From: Thalia democratica
Lineage: Eukaryota
Direction of reading: 5' to 3'
DNA: 64,000 bases
Assembly (NCBI GenBank): GCA_965202585.1
Contig: OZ241834.1
Span: 682,001-746,000 of the forward strand
In this document: one piece after another, positions 50,201 through 62,200 of the stretch
Layout: each line of letters opens with the position of its first letter
Position numbering within the stretch: position 1 is the stretch's first letter
Program-made: the position numbers and the translations under genes
Notes under the pieces: model-generated
What the model was told of the DNA's origin: nothing
Databases searched by the model: none
Seen by the model: the letters and a program-made list of their open reading frames with translations, nothing else

Positions 50201-53200
50201 CATGGATTGTAACAGGAAGCAAAAGTTGACCAACTTTAAACCAGTTGACCCACTCAAGGGTAAGAGTAAATTTGAGAAAATGAATTACTTATGAGTAAAT
50301 GAAGTACCTTCGTAAAACGTTCGATAGTGTCAACCATCTCAAGATAGTCGAGGTGTTGAATTCGCGTGGGGTACGAAAAATAACTCGTATAATAGCGCAA
50401 ATGTACCGAGGTAACGGTGCATTTCTGCAAAGAACAGATAGCAATAAAAGGCGGAAACAGCTTAAATATAAACATGGATTGTAACAGGAGGCAAAGTTGA
50501 CCAACTTTAAACCAGTTGACCCACTCAAGGGTAAGAGTAAATTTGAGAAAATGAATTACTTATGAGTAAATGGAGTACCTTCGTAAAGTGTTCGATAGTG
50601 TCAACCATCTCAAGAGAGTCGAGGTGTTGTATTCGCGTGGGGTACGAAAAATGACTCGTATAATAGCGCAAATGTACCGAGGTAACGGTGCATTTCTGCA
50701 AAGAACAGATAGCAATAAAAGGCGGAAAGAGCTCAAATATAAACATGGATTGTAACAGGAGGCAAAGTTGACCAACTTTAAACCAGTTGACCCACTCAAG
50801 GGTAAGAGTAAATTTGAGAAAATGAATTACTTATGAGTAAATGGAGTACCTTCGTAAAGTGTTCGATAGTGTCAACCATTTCAAGATAGTCGAGGTGTTG
50901 TATTCGCGTGGGGTACGAAAAATGACTCGTATAATAGCGCAAATGTACCGAGGTAACAGTGCATTTCTGCAAAGAACAGATAGCAATAAAAGGCGGAAAG
51001 AGCTCAAATATAAACATGGATTGTAACAGGAAGCAAAAGTTGACCAACTTTAAACCAGTTGACCCACTCAAGGGTAAGAGTAAATTTGAGAAAATGAATT
51101 ACTTATGAGTAAATGAAGTACCTTCGTAAAACGTTCGATAGTGTCAACCATCTCAAGATAGTCGAGGTGTTGAATTCGCGTGGGGTACGAAAAATAACTC
51201 GTATAATAGCGCAAATGTACCGAGGTAACAGTGCATTTCTGCAAAGAACAGATAGCAATAAAAGGCGGAAAGAGCTTAAATATAAACATGGATTGTAACA
51301 GGAGGCAAAGTTGACCAACTTTAAACCAGTTGACCCACTCAAGGGTAAGAGTAAATTTGAGAAAATGAATTACTTATGAGTATATGAAGTACCTTCGTAA
51401 AGTGTTCGATACTATCAACCATTTCAAGATAGTCGAGGTGTTGGATTCGCTTGGGGTACGAAAAATGACTCGTATAATAGCGCAAATGTACCGAGGTAAC
51501 GGTGCATTTCTGCAAAGAACAGATAGCAATAAAAGGCGGAAAGAGCTCAAATATAAACATGGATTGTAACAGGAGGCAAAGTTGACCAACTTTAAACCAG
51601 TTGACCCACTCAGCGGTAAGAGTAAATTTGAGAAAATGAATTACTTATGAGTATATGGAGTACCTTCGTAAAGTGTTCGATACTGTCAACCATCTCAAGA
51701 TAGTCGAGGTGTTGTATTCGCGTGGGATACGATAAATGACTCGTATAATAGCGCAAATGTACCGAGGTAACGGTGCATTTCTGCAAAGAACAGATAGCAA
51801 TAAAAGGCGGAAAGAGCTCCAATATAAACATGGATTGTAACAGGAAGCAAAAGTTGACCAACTTTAAACCAGTTGACCCACTCAAGGGTAAGAGTAAATT
51901 TGAGAAAATGAATTACTTATGAGTATATGGAGTACCTTCGTAAAGTGTTCGATAGTGTCAACCATCTCAAGATAGTCGAGGTGTTGAATTCGCGTGGGGT
52001 ACGAAAAATGACTCGTATAATAACGCAAATGTACCGAGGTAACGGTGCATTTCTGCAAATAACAGATAGCAATAAAAGGCGGAAAGAGCTCAAATATAAA
52101 CATGGATTGTAACAGGAAGCAAAATTGACCAACTTTAAACCAGTTGACCCAATAAAGGGTAAGAGTAAATTTGAGAAAATGAACTACTTATGAGTAAATG
52201 GAGTACCTTCGTAAAGTGTTCGATACTGTCAACCATCTCAAGATAGTCGAGGTGTTGAATTCGCGTTGGGTACGAAAAATGACTCGTACAATAGCGCAAA
52301 TGTACCGAGGTAACGATGCATTTCTGCAAAGAACAGATAGCAATAAAAGGCGGAAAGAACTCCAATATAAACATGGATTGTAACAATAAGCAAAGTTGAC
52401 CAACTTTAAACCAGTTGACCCACTCAAGGGTAAGAGTAAATTTGAGAAAATGAATTACTTATGAGCAAATGGAGTACCTTCGTAAAGTGTTCGATAGTGT
52501 CAACCATCTCAAGATAGTCGAGGTGTTGAATTTGCGTGGGGTACGAAAAATGACTCGTATAATAGCGCAAATGTACCGAGGTAACGGTGCATTTTTGCAA
52601 AGAACAGATAGCAATAAAAGGCGGAAAGAGCTCCAATATAAACATGGATTGTAACAATAAGCAAAGTTGACCAACTTTAAACCAGTTGACCCACTCAAGG
52701 GTAAGAGTAAATTTGAGAAAATGAATTACTTATGAGTAAATGGAGTACCTTCGTAAAGTGTTCGATAGTGTCAACCATCTCAAGATAGTCGAGGTGTTGA
52801 ATTCGCGTGGGGTACGAAAAATGACTCGTACAATAGCGCAAATGTACCGAGGTAACGGTGCATTTTTGCAAAGAACAGATAGCAATAAAAGGCGGAAAGA
52901 GCTCCAATATAAACATGGATTGTAACAATAAGCAAAGTTGACCAACTTTAAACCAGTTGACCCACTCAAGGGTAAGAGTAAATTTGAGAAAATGAATTAC
53001 TTATGAGTAAATGGAGTACCTTCGTAAAGTGTTCGATAGTGTCAACCATCTCAAGATAGTCGAGGTGTTGAATTCGCGTGGGGTACGAAAAATGACTCGT
53101 ACAATAGCGCAAATGTACCGAGGTAACGGTGCATTTCTGCAAAGAACAGATAGCAATAAAAAGCGGAAAGAGCTCCAATATAAACATAGATTGTAACAAT

Positions 53201-56200
53201 AAGCAAAGTTGACCAACTTTAAACCAGTTGACCCACTCAAGGGTAAGAGTAAATTTGAGAAAATGAAATACTTATGAGTAAATGGAGTACCTTCGTAAAG
53301 TGTTCGATAGTGTCAACCATCTCAAGATAGTCGAGGTGTTGAATTCGCGTGGGGTACGAAAAATAACTTGTATAATAGCGCAAATGTACCGAGGTAACGG
53401 TGCATTTCTGCAAATAACAGATAGCAATAAAAGGCGGAAAGAGCTCCAATATAAACATGGATTGTAACAATAAGCAAAGTTGACCAACTTTAAACCAGTT
53501 GACCCACTCAAGGGTAAGAGTAAATTTGATAAAATGAAATACTTATGAGTAAATGGAGTACCTTCGTAAAGTGTTCGATAGTGTCAACCATCTCAAGATA
53601 GTCGAGGTGTTGAATTCGCGTGGGGTACGAAAAATGACTCGTATAATAGCGCAAATGTACCGAGGTAACGGTGCATTTCTGCAAATAACAGATAGCAATA
53701 AAAGGCGGAAAGAGCTCCAATATAAACATGGATTGTAACAATAAGCAAAGTTGACCAACTTTAAACCAGTTGACCCACTCAAGGGTAAGAGTAAATTTGA
53801 GAAAATGAATTACTTATGAGTAAATGGAGTACCTTCGTAAAGTGTTCGATAGTGTCAACCATCTCAAGATAGTCGAGGTGTTGAATTCGCGTGGGGTACG
53901 AAAAATGACTCGTATAATAGCGCAAATGTACCGAGGTAACGGTGCATTTCTTTAAAGAACAGATAGCAATAAAAGGCGAAAGAGCTCCATAGATTGTAAC
54001 AATAAGCAAAATTGACCAACAAAAAACCAATTGACCCACTCAAGGGTAAGAGTAAATTTGAGAAAATGAATTACTTATGAGTAAATTGAATTCCTTCGTA
54101 AAGTGTTCGATAGTGTAAACCATCTCAAGATAGTCGAGGTGTTGAATTCGCGTGGGGTACGAAAAATGACTCGTATAATAGCGCAAATGTACCGAGGTAA
54201 CGGTGCATTTCTGCAAAGAACAGATAGCAATAAAAGGCGGAAAGAGCTCCAATATAAACATGGATTGTAACAATAAGCAAAGTTGACCAACTTTAAACCA
54301 ATTGACCCACTCAAGGGTAAGAGTAAATTTGAGAAAATGAAATACTTATGAGTAAATGGAGTACCTTCGTAAAGTGTTCGATAGTGTCAACCATCTCAAG
54401 ATAGTCGAGGTGTTGAATTCGCGTGGGGTACGAAAAATGACTCGTATAATAGCGCAAATGTACCGAGGTAACGGTGCATTTCTGCAAATAACAGATAGCA
54501 ATAAAAGGCGGAAAGAGCTCCAATATAAACATGGATTGTAACAGGAAGCAAAGTTGACCAACTTTAAACCAGTTGACCCACTCAAGGGTAAGAGTAAATT
54601 TGAGAAAATGAATTACTTATGAGTAAATGGAGTACCTTCGTAAAGTGTTCGATAGTGTCAACCATCTCAAGATAGTCGAGGTGTTAAATTCGCGTGGGGT
54701 ACGAAAAATGACTCGTATAATAGCGCAAATGTACCGAGGTAACGGTGCATTTCTGCAAAGAACAGATTACAATAAAAGGCGGAAAGAGCTCCAATATAAA
54801 CATGGATTGTAACAGGAGGCAAAGTTGACCAACTTTAAACTAGTTGACCCACTCAAGGGTAAGAGTAAATTTGAGAAAATGAAACACTTATGAGTAAATG
54901 GAGTACCTTCGTAAAGTGTTCGATAGTGTCAACCATCTCAAGATAGTCGAGGTGTTGAATTCGCGTGGGGTACGAAAAATGACTCGTACAATAGCGCAAA
55001 TGTACCGAGGTAACGGTGCATTTCTGCAAAGAACAGATAGCAATAAAAGGCGGAAAGAGCTCCAATATAAACATAGATTGTAACAATAAGCAAAGTTGAC
55101 CAACTTTAAACCAGTTGACCAATTTAAGGGTAAGAGTAAATTTGAGAAAATGAATTACTTATGAGTAAATGGAGTACCTTCGTAAAACGTTCGATAGTGT
55201 CAACCATCTCAAGATAGTCGAGGTGTTGAATTCGCGTGGGGTACGAAAAATGAGTATAATAGCGCATATGTACAGAGGTAACGGTGCATTTCTGCAAAGA
55301 ACAGATAACAATAAAAGGCGGAAAGAGCTCCAATATAAACATGGATTGTAACAATAAGCAAAGTTGACCAACTTTAAACCAGTTGACCAACTCAAGGGTA
55401 AGAGTAAATTTGAGAAAATGAATTACTATGAGTAAATGGAGTACCTTCGTAAAGTGTTCGATAGTGTCAACCATCTCAAGATAGTCGAGGTGTTGAATTC
55501 GCGTGGGGTACGAAAAATGACTCGTATAATAGCGTATATGAGGTATAGGTGCAATTCTGTCACGAAAAGAACGAATAGCAATAGAACGGGGAAAGAGTTC
55601 CAAAAGAAACATGGATTGTAACAGGGGGCAAAGTTGACCAACTTTAAACCAGTTGACCCACTCAAGGGTAAGAGTAAATTTGAGAAAATGAATTACTTAT
55701 GAGTAAATGGGGTACCTTCGTAAAGTGTTCGATAGTGTCAACCATCTCAAGATAGTCGAGGTGTTGAATTCGCGTGGGGTACGAAAAATGACTCGTATAA
55801 TAGCGCAAATGTACCGAGGTAACGGTGCATTTCTGCAAATAACAGATAGCAATAAAAGGCGGAAAGAGCTCCAATATAAACATGGATTGTAACAGGAAGC
55901 AAAGTTGACCAACTTTAAACCAGTTGACCCACTCAAGGGTAAGAGTAAATTTGATAAAATGAATTACTTATGAGTAAATGGAGTACCTTCGTAAAGTGTT
56001 CGATAGTGTCAACCATCTCAAGATAGTCGAGGTGTTAAATTCGCGTGGGGTACGAAAAATGACTCGTATAATAGCGCAAATGTACCGAGGTAACGGTGCA
56101 TTTCTGCAAAGAACAGATTACAATAAAAGGCGGAAAGAGCTCCAATATAAACATGGATTGTAACAGGAGGCAAAGTTGACCAACTTTAAACTAGTTGACC

Positions 56201-59200
56201 CACTCAAGGGTAAGAGTAAATTTGAGAAAATGAAACACTTATGAGTAAATGGAGTACCTTCGTAAAGTGTTCGATAGTGTCAACCATCTCAAGATAGTCG
56301 AGGTGTTGAATTCGCGTGGGGTACGAAAAATGACTCGTACAATAGCGCAAATGTACCGAGGTAACGGTGCATTTCTGCAAAGAACAGATAGCAATAAAAG
56401 GCGGAAAGAGCTCCAATATAAACATAGATTGTAACAATAAGCAAAGTTGACCAACTTTAAACCAGTTGACCAATTTAAGGGTAAGAGTAAATTTGAGAAA
56501 ATGAATTACTTATGAGTAAATGGAGTACCTTCGTAAAACGTTCGATAGTGTCAACCATCTCAAGATAGTCGAGGTGTTGAATTCGCGTGGGGTACGAAAA
56601 ATGACTCGTATAATAGCGCATATGTACAGAGGTAACGGTGCATTTCTGCAAAGAACAGATAACAATAAAAGGCGGAAAGAGCTCCAATATAAACATGGAT
56701 TGTAACAATAAGCAAAGTTGACCAACTTTAAACCAGTTGACCAACTCAAGGGTAAGAGTAAATTTGAGAAAATGAATTACTATGAGTAAATGGAGTACCT
56801 TCGTAAAGTGTTCGATAGTGTCAACCATCTCAAGATAGTCGAGGTGTTGAATTCGCGTGGGGTACGAAAAATGACTCGTATAATAGCGTATATGAGGTAT
56901 AGGTGCAATTCTGTCACGAAAAGAACGAATAGCAATAGAACGGGGAAAGAGTTCCAAAAGAAACATGGATTGTAACAGGAGGCAAAGTTGACCAACTTTA
57001 AACCAGTTGACCCACTCAAGGGTAAGAGTAAATTTGAGAAAATGAATTACTTATGAGTAAATGGGGTACCTTCGTAAAGTGTTCGATAGTGTCAACCATC
57101 TCAAGATAGTCGAGGTGTTGAATTCGCGTGGGGTACGAAAAATGACTCGTATAATAGCGCAAATGTACCGAGGTAACGGTGCATTTCTGCAAAGAACAGA
57201 TAGCAATAAAAGGCGGAAAGAGCTCAAATATAAACATGGATTGTAACAGGAAGCAAAGTTGACAAAATTTAAACCAGTTGACCCACTCAAGGGTAAGAGT
57301 AAATTTGATAAAATGAATTACTTATGAGTAAATGGAGTACCTTCGTAAAGTGTTCGATAGTGTCAACCATCTCAAGATAGTCGAGGTGTTGTATTCGCGT
57401 GGGGTATGAAAAATGACTCGTATAATAGCACAAATGTACCGAGGTAACGGTGCATTTCTGCAAAGAACAGATAGCAATAAAAGGCGGAAAGAGCTCCAAT
57501 ATAAACATGGATTGTAACAGGAAGCAAAGTTGTAAAAATTTAAACCAGTTGACCCACTCAAGGGTAAGAGTAAATTTGAGAAAATGAATTACTTATGAGT
57601 AAATGGAGTACCTTCGTAAAGTGTTCGATAGTGTCAACCATCTCAAGATAGTCGAGTTGTTAATTTGCGTGGGGTACGAAAAATGACTCGTATAATAGCG
57701 CATATGTACCGAGGTAACGGTGCATTTCTGCAAAGAACGGATAGCAATAAAAGGCGGAAAGAGCTCCAATATAAACATGGATTGTAACAGAAGGCAAAGT
57801 TGACCAACTTTAAACCAGTTGACCCACTCAAGGGTAAGAGTAAATTTGAGAAAATGAATTACTTATGAGTAAATGGAGTACCTTCGTAAAGTGTTCGATA
57901 GTGTCAACCATCTCAAGATAGTCGAGGTGTTGAATTTGCGTGGGGTACGAAAAATGACTCGTATAATAGCGCAAATGTACCGAGGTAACGGTGCATTTCT
58001 GCAAAGAACAGATAGCAATAAAAGGCGGAAAGAGCTCCAATATAAACATGGATTGTAACAATAAGCAAAGTAGACCAACTTTAAACCAGTTGACCAACTC
58101 AAGGGTAAGAGTAAATTTGATAAAATGAATTACTTATGAGTAAATGCAGTACCTTCGTAAAGTGTTCGATAGTGTCAACCATCTCAAGATAGTCGAGGTG
58201 TTGAATTCGCGTGGGGTACGAAAAATGACTCGTATAATAGCGCAAATGTACCGAGGTAACGGTGCATTTCTGCAAAGAACAGATAGCAATAAAAGGCGGA
58301 AAGAGCTCAAATATAAACATGGATTGTAACAGGAAGCAAAGTTGACCAACTTTAAACCAGTTGACCCACTCAAGGGTAAGAGTAAATTTGAGAAAATGAA
58401 TTACTTATGAGTAAATGGAGTACCTTCGTAAAGTGTTCGATAGTGTCAACCATCTCAAGATAGTCGAGGTGTTGAATTCGCGTGGGGTACAAAAAATGAC
58501 TCGAATAATAGCGCAAATGTACCGAGGTAACGGTGCATTTCTGCAAATAACAGATAGCAATAAAAGGCGGAAAGAGCTCCAATATAAACATGGATTGTAA
58601 CAATAAGCAAAGTTGACCAACTTTAAACCAGTTGACCAACTCAAGGGTAAGAGTAAATTTGATAAAATGAATTACTTATGAGTAAATGCAGTACCTTCGT
58701 AAAGTGTTCGATAGTGTCAACCATCTCAAGTTAGTCGAGGTGTTGAATTCGCGTGGGGTACGAAAAATGACTCGTATAATAGCGCAAATGTACCGAGGTA
58801 ACGGTGCATTTCTGCAAAGAACAGATAGCAATAAAAGGCGGAAAGAGCTCCAATATAAACATGGATTGTAACAATAAGCAAAGTTGACCAACTTTAAACC
58901 AATTGACCCACTCAAGGGTAAGAGTAAATTTGAGAAAATGAATTACTTATGAGTAAATGCAGTACCTTCGTAAAGTGTTCGATAGTGTCAACCATCTCAA
59001 GTTAGTCGAGGTGTTGTATTCGCGTGGGGTACGAAAAATGACTCGTATAATAGCGCAAATGTACCGAGGTAACGATGCACTTCTGCAAAGAACAGATAGC
59101 AATAAAAAGTGGAAAGAACTCCAATATAACCATGGATTGTAACAGGAGGCAAAATTGACCAACTTTAAACCAGTTGACCCACTCAAGGGTAAGAGTAAAT

Positions 59201-62200
59201 TTGAGAAAATGAATTACTTATGAGTAAATGGAGTACCTTCGTAAAGTGTTCGATAGTGTCAACCATCTCAAGATAGTCGAGGTGTTAAATTCGCGTGGGG
59301 TACGAAAAATGACTCGTATAATACCGCAAATGTACCGAGGTAACGGTGCATTTCTGCAAAGAACAGATAGCAATAAAAGGCGGAAAGAGCTCCAATATAA
59401 ACATGGATTGTAACAATAAGCAAAGTTGACCAACTTTAAACCAGTTGACCCACTCAAGGGTAAGAGTAAATTTGAGAAAATGAAATACTTATGAGTAAAT
59501 GGAGTACCTTCGTAAAACGTTCGATAGTGTCAACCATCTCAAGAGAGTCGAGGTGTTGAATTCGCGTGGGGTACGAAAAATGACTCGTATAATAGCGCAA
59601 ATGTACCGAGGTAACGGTGCATTTCTGCAAAGAACAGATAGCAATAAAAGGCGGAAAGAGCTCCAATATAAACATAGATTGTAACAATAAGCAAAGTTGA
59701 CCAACTTTAAACCAGTTGACCAATTTAAGGGTAAGAGTAAATTTGAGAAAATGAATTACTTATGAGTAAATGGAGTACCTTCGTAAAACGTTCGATAGTG
59801 TCAACCATCTCAAGATAGTCGAGGTGTTGAATTCGCGTGGGGTACGAAAAATGACTCGTATAATAGCGCATATGTACAGAGGTAACGGTGCATTTCTGCA
59901 AAGAACAGATAACAATAAAAGGCGGAAAGAGCTCCAATATAAACATGGATTGTAACAATAAGCAAAGTTGACCAACTTTAAACCAGTTGACCAACTCAAG
60001 GGTAAGAGTAAATTTGAGAAAATGAATTACTATGAGTAAATGGAGTACCTTCGTAAAGTGTTCGATAGTGTCAACCATCTCAAGATAGTCGAGGTGTTGA
60101 ATTCGCGTGGGGTACGAAAAATGACTCGTATAATAGCGTATATGAGGTATAGGTGCAATTCTGTCACGAAAAGAACGAATAGCAATAGAACGGGGAAAGA
60201 GTTCCAAAAGAAACATGGATTGTAACAGGAGGCAAAGTTGACCAACTTTAAACCAGTTGACCCACTCAAGGGTAAGAGTAAATTTGAGAAAATGAATTAC
60301 TTATGAGTAAATGGGGTACCTTCGTAAAGTGTTCGATAGTGTCAACCATCTCAAGATAGTCGAGGTGTTGAATTCGCGTGGGGTACGAAAAATGACTCGT
60401 ATAATAGCGCAAATGTACCGAGGTAACGGTGCATTTCTGCAAAGAACAGATAGCAATAAAAGGCGGAAAGAGCTCAAATATAAACATGGATTGTAACAGG
60501 AAGCAAAGTTGACAAAATTTAAACCAGTTGACCCACTCAAGGGTAAGAGTAAATTTGATAAAATGAATTACTTATGAGTAAATGGAGTACCTTCGTAAAG
60601 TGTTCGATAGTGTCAACCATCTCAAGATAGTCGAGGTGTTGTATTCGCGTGGGGTATGAAAAATGACTCGTATAATAGCACAAATGTACCGAGGTAACGG
60701 TGCATTTCTGCAAAGAACAGATAGCAATAAAAGGCGGAAAGAGCTCCAATATAAACATGGATTGTAACAGGAAGCAAAGTTGTAAAAATTTAAACCAGTT
60801 GACCCACTCAAGGGTAAGAGTAAATTTGAGAAAATGAATTACTTATGAGTAAATGGAGTACCTTCGTAAAGTGTTCGATAGTGTCAACCATCTCAAGATA
60901 GTCGAGTTGTTAATTTGCGTGGGGTACGAAAAATGACTCGTATAATAGCGCATATGTACCGAGGTAACGGTGCATTTCTGCAAAGAACGGATAGCAATAA
61001 AAGGCGGAAAGAGCTCCAATATAAACATGGATTGTAACAGAAGGCAAAGTTGACCAACTTTAAACCAGTTGACCCACTCAAGGGTAAGAGTAAATTTGAG
61101 AAAATGAATTACTTATGAGTAAATGGAGTACCTTCGTAAAGTGTTCGATAGTGTCAACCATCTCAAGATAGTCGAGGTGTTGAATTTGCGTGGGGTACGA
61201 AAAATGACTCGTATAATAGCGCAAATGTACCGAGGTAACGGTGCATTTCTGCAAAGAACAGATAGCAATAAAAGGCGGAAAGAGCTCCAATATAAACATG
61301 GATTGTAACAATAAGCAAAGTTGACCAACTTTAAACCAGTTGACCAACTCAAGGGTAAGAGTAAATTTGATAAAATGAATTACTTATGAGTAAATGCAGT
61401 ACCTTCGTAAAGTGTTCGATAGTGTCAACCATCTCAAGATAGTCGAGGTGTTGAATTCGCGTGGGGTACGAAAAATGACTCGTATAATAGCGCAAATGTA
61501 CCGAGGTAACGGTGCATTTCTGCAAAGAACAGATAGCAATAAAAGGCGGAAAGAGCTCAAATATAAACATGGATTGTAACAGGAAGCAAAGTTGACCAAC
61601 TTTAAACCAGTTGACCCACTCAAGGGTAAGAGTAAATTTGAGAAAATGAATTACTTATGAGTAAATGGAGTACCTTCGTAAAGTGTTCGATAGTGTCAAC
61701 CATCTCAAGATAGTCGAGGTGTTGAATTCGCGTGGGGTACAAAAAATGACTCGAATAATAGCGCAAATGTACCGAGGTAACGGTGCATTTCTGCAAATAA
61801 CAGATAGCAATAAAAGGCGGAAAGAGCTCCAATATAAACATGGATTGTAACAATAAGCAAAGTTGACCAACTTTAAACCAGTTGACCAACTCAAGGGTAA
61901 GAGTAAATTTGATAAAATGAATTACTTATGAGTAAATGCAGTACCTTCGTAAAGTGTTCGATAGTGTCAACCATCTCAAGTTAGTCGAGGTGTTGAATTC
62001 GCGTGGGGTACGAAAAATGACTCGTATAATAGCGCAAATGTACCGAGGTAACGGTGCATTTCTGCAAAGAACAGATAGCAATAAAAGGCGGAAAGAGCTC
62101 CAATATAAACATGGATTGTAACAATAAGCAAAGTTGACCAACTTTAAACCAATTGACCCACTCAAGGGTAAGAGTAAATTTGAGAAAATGAATTACTTAT

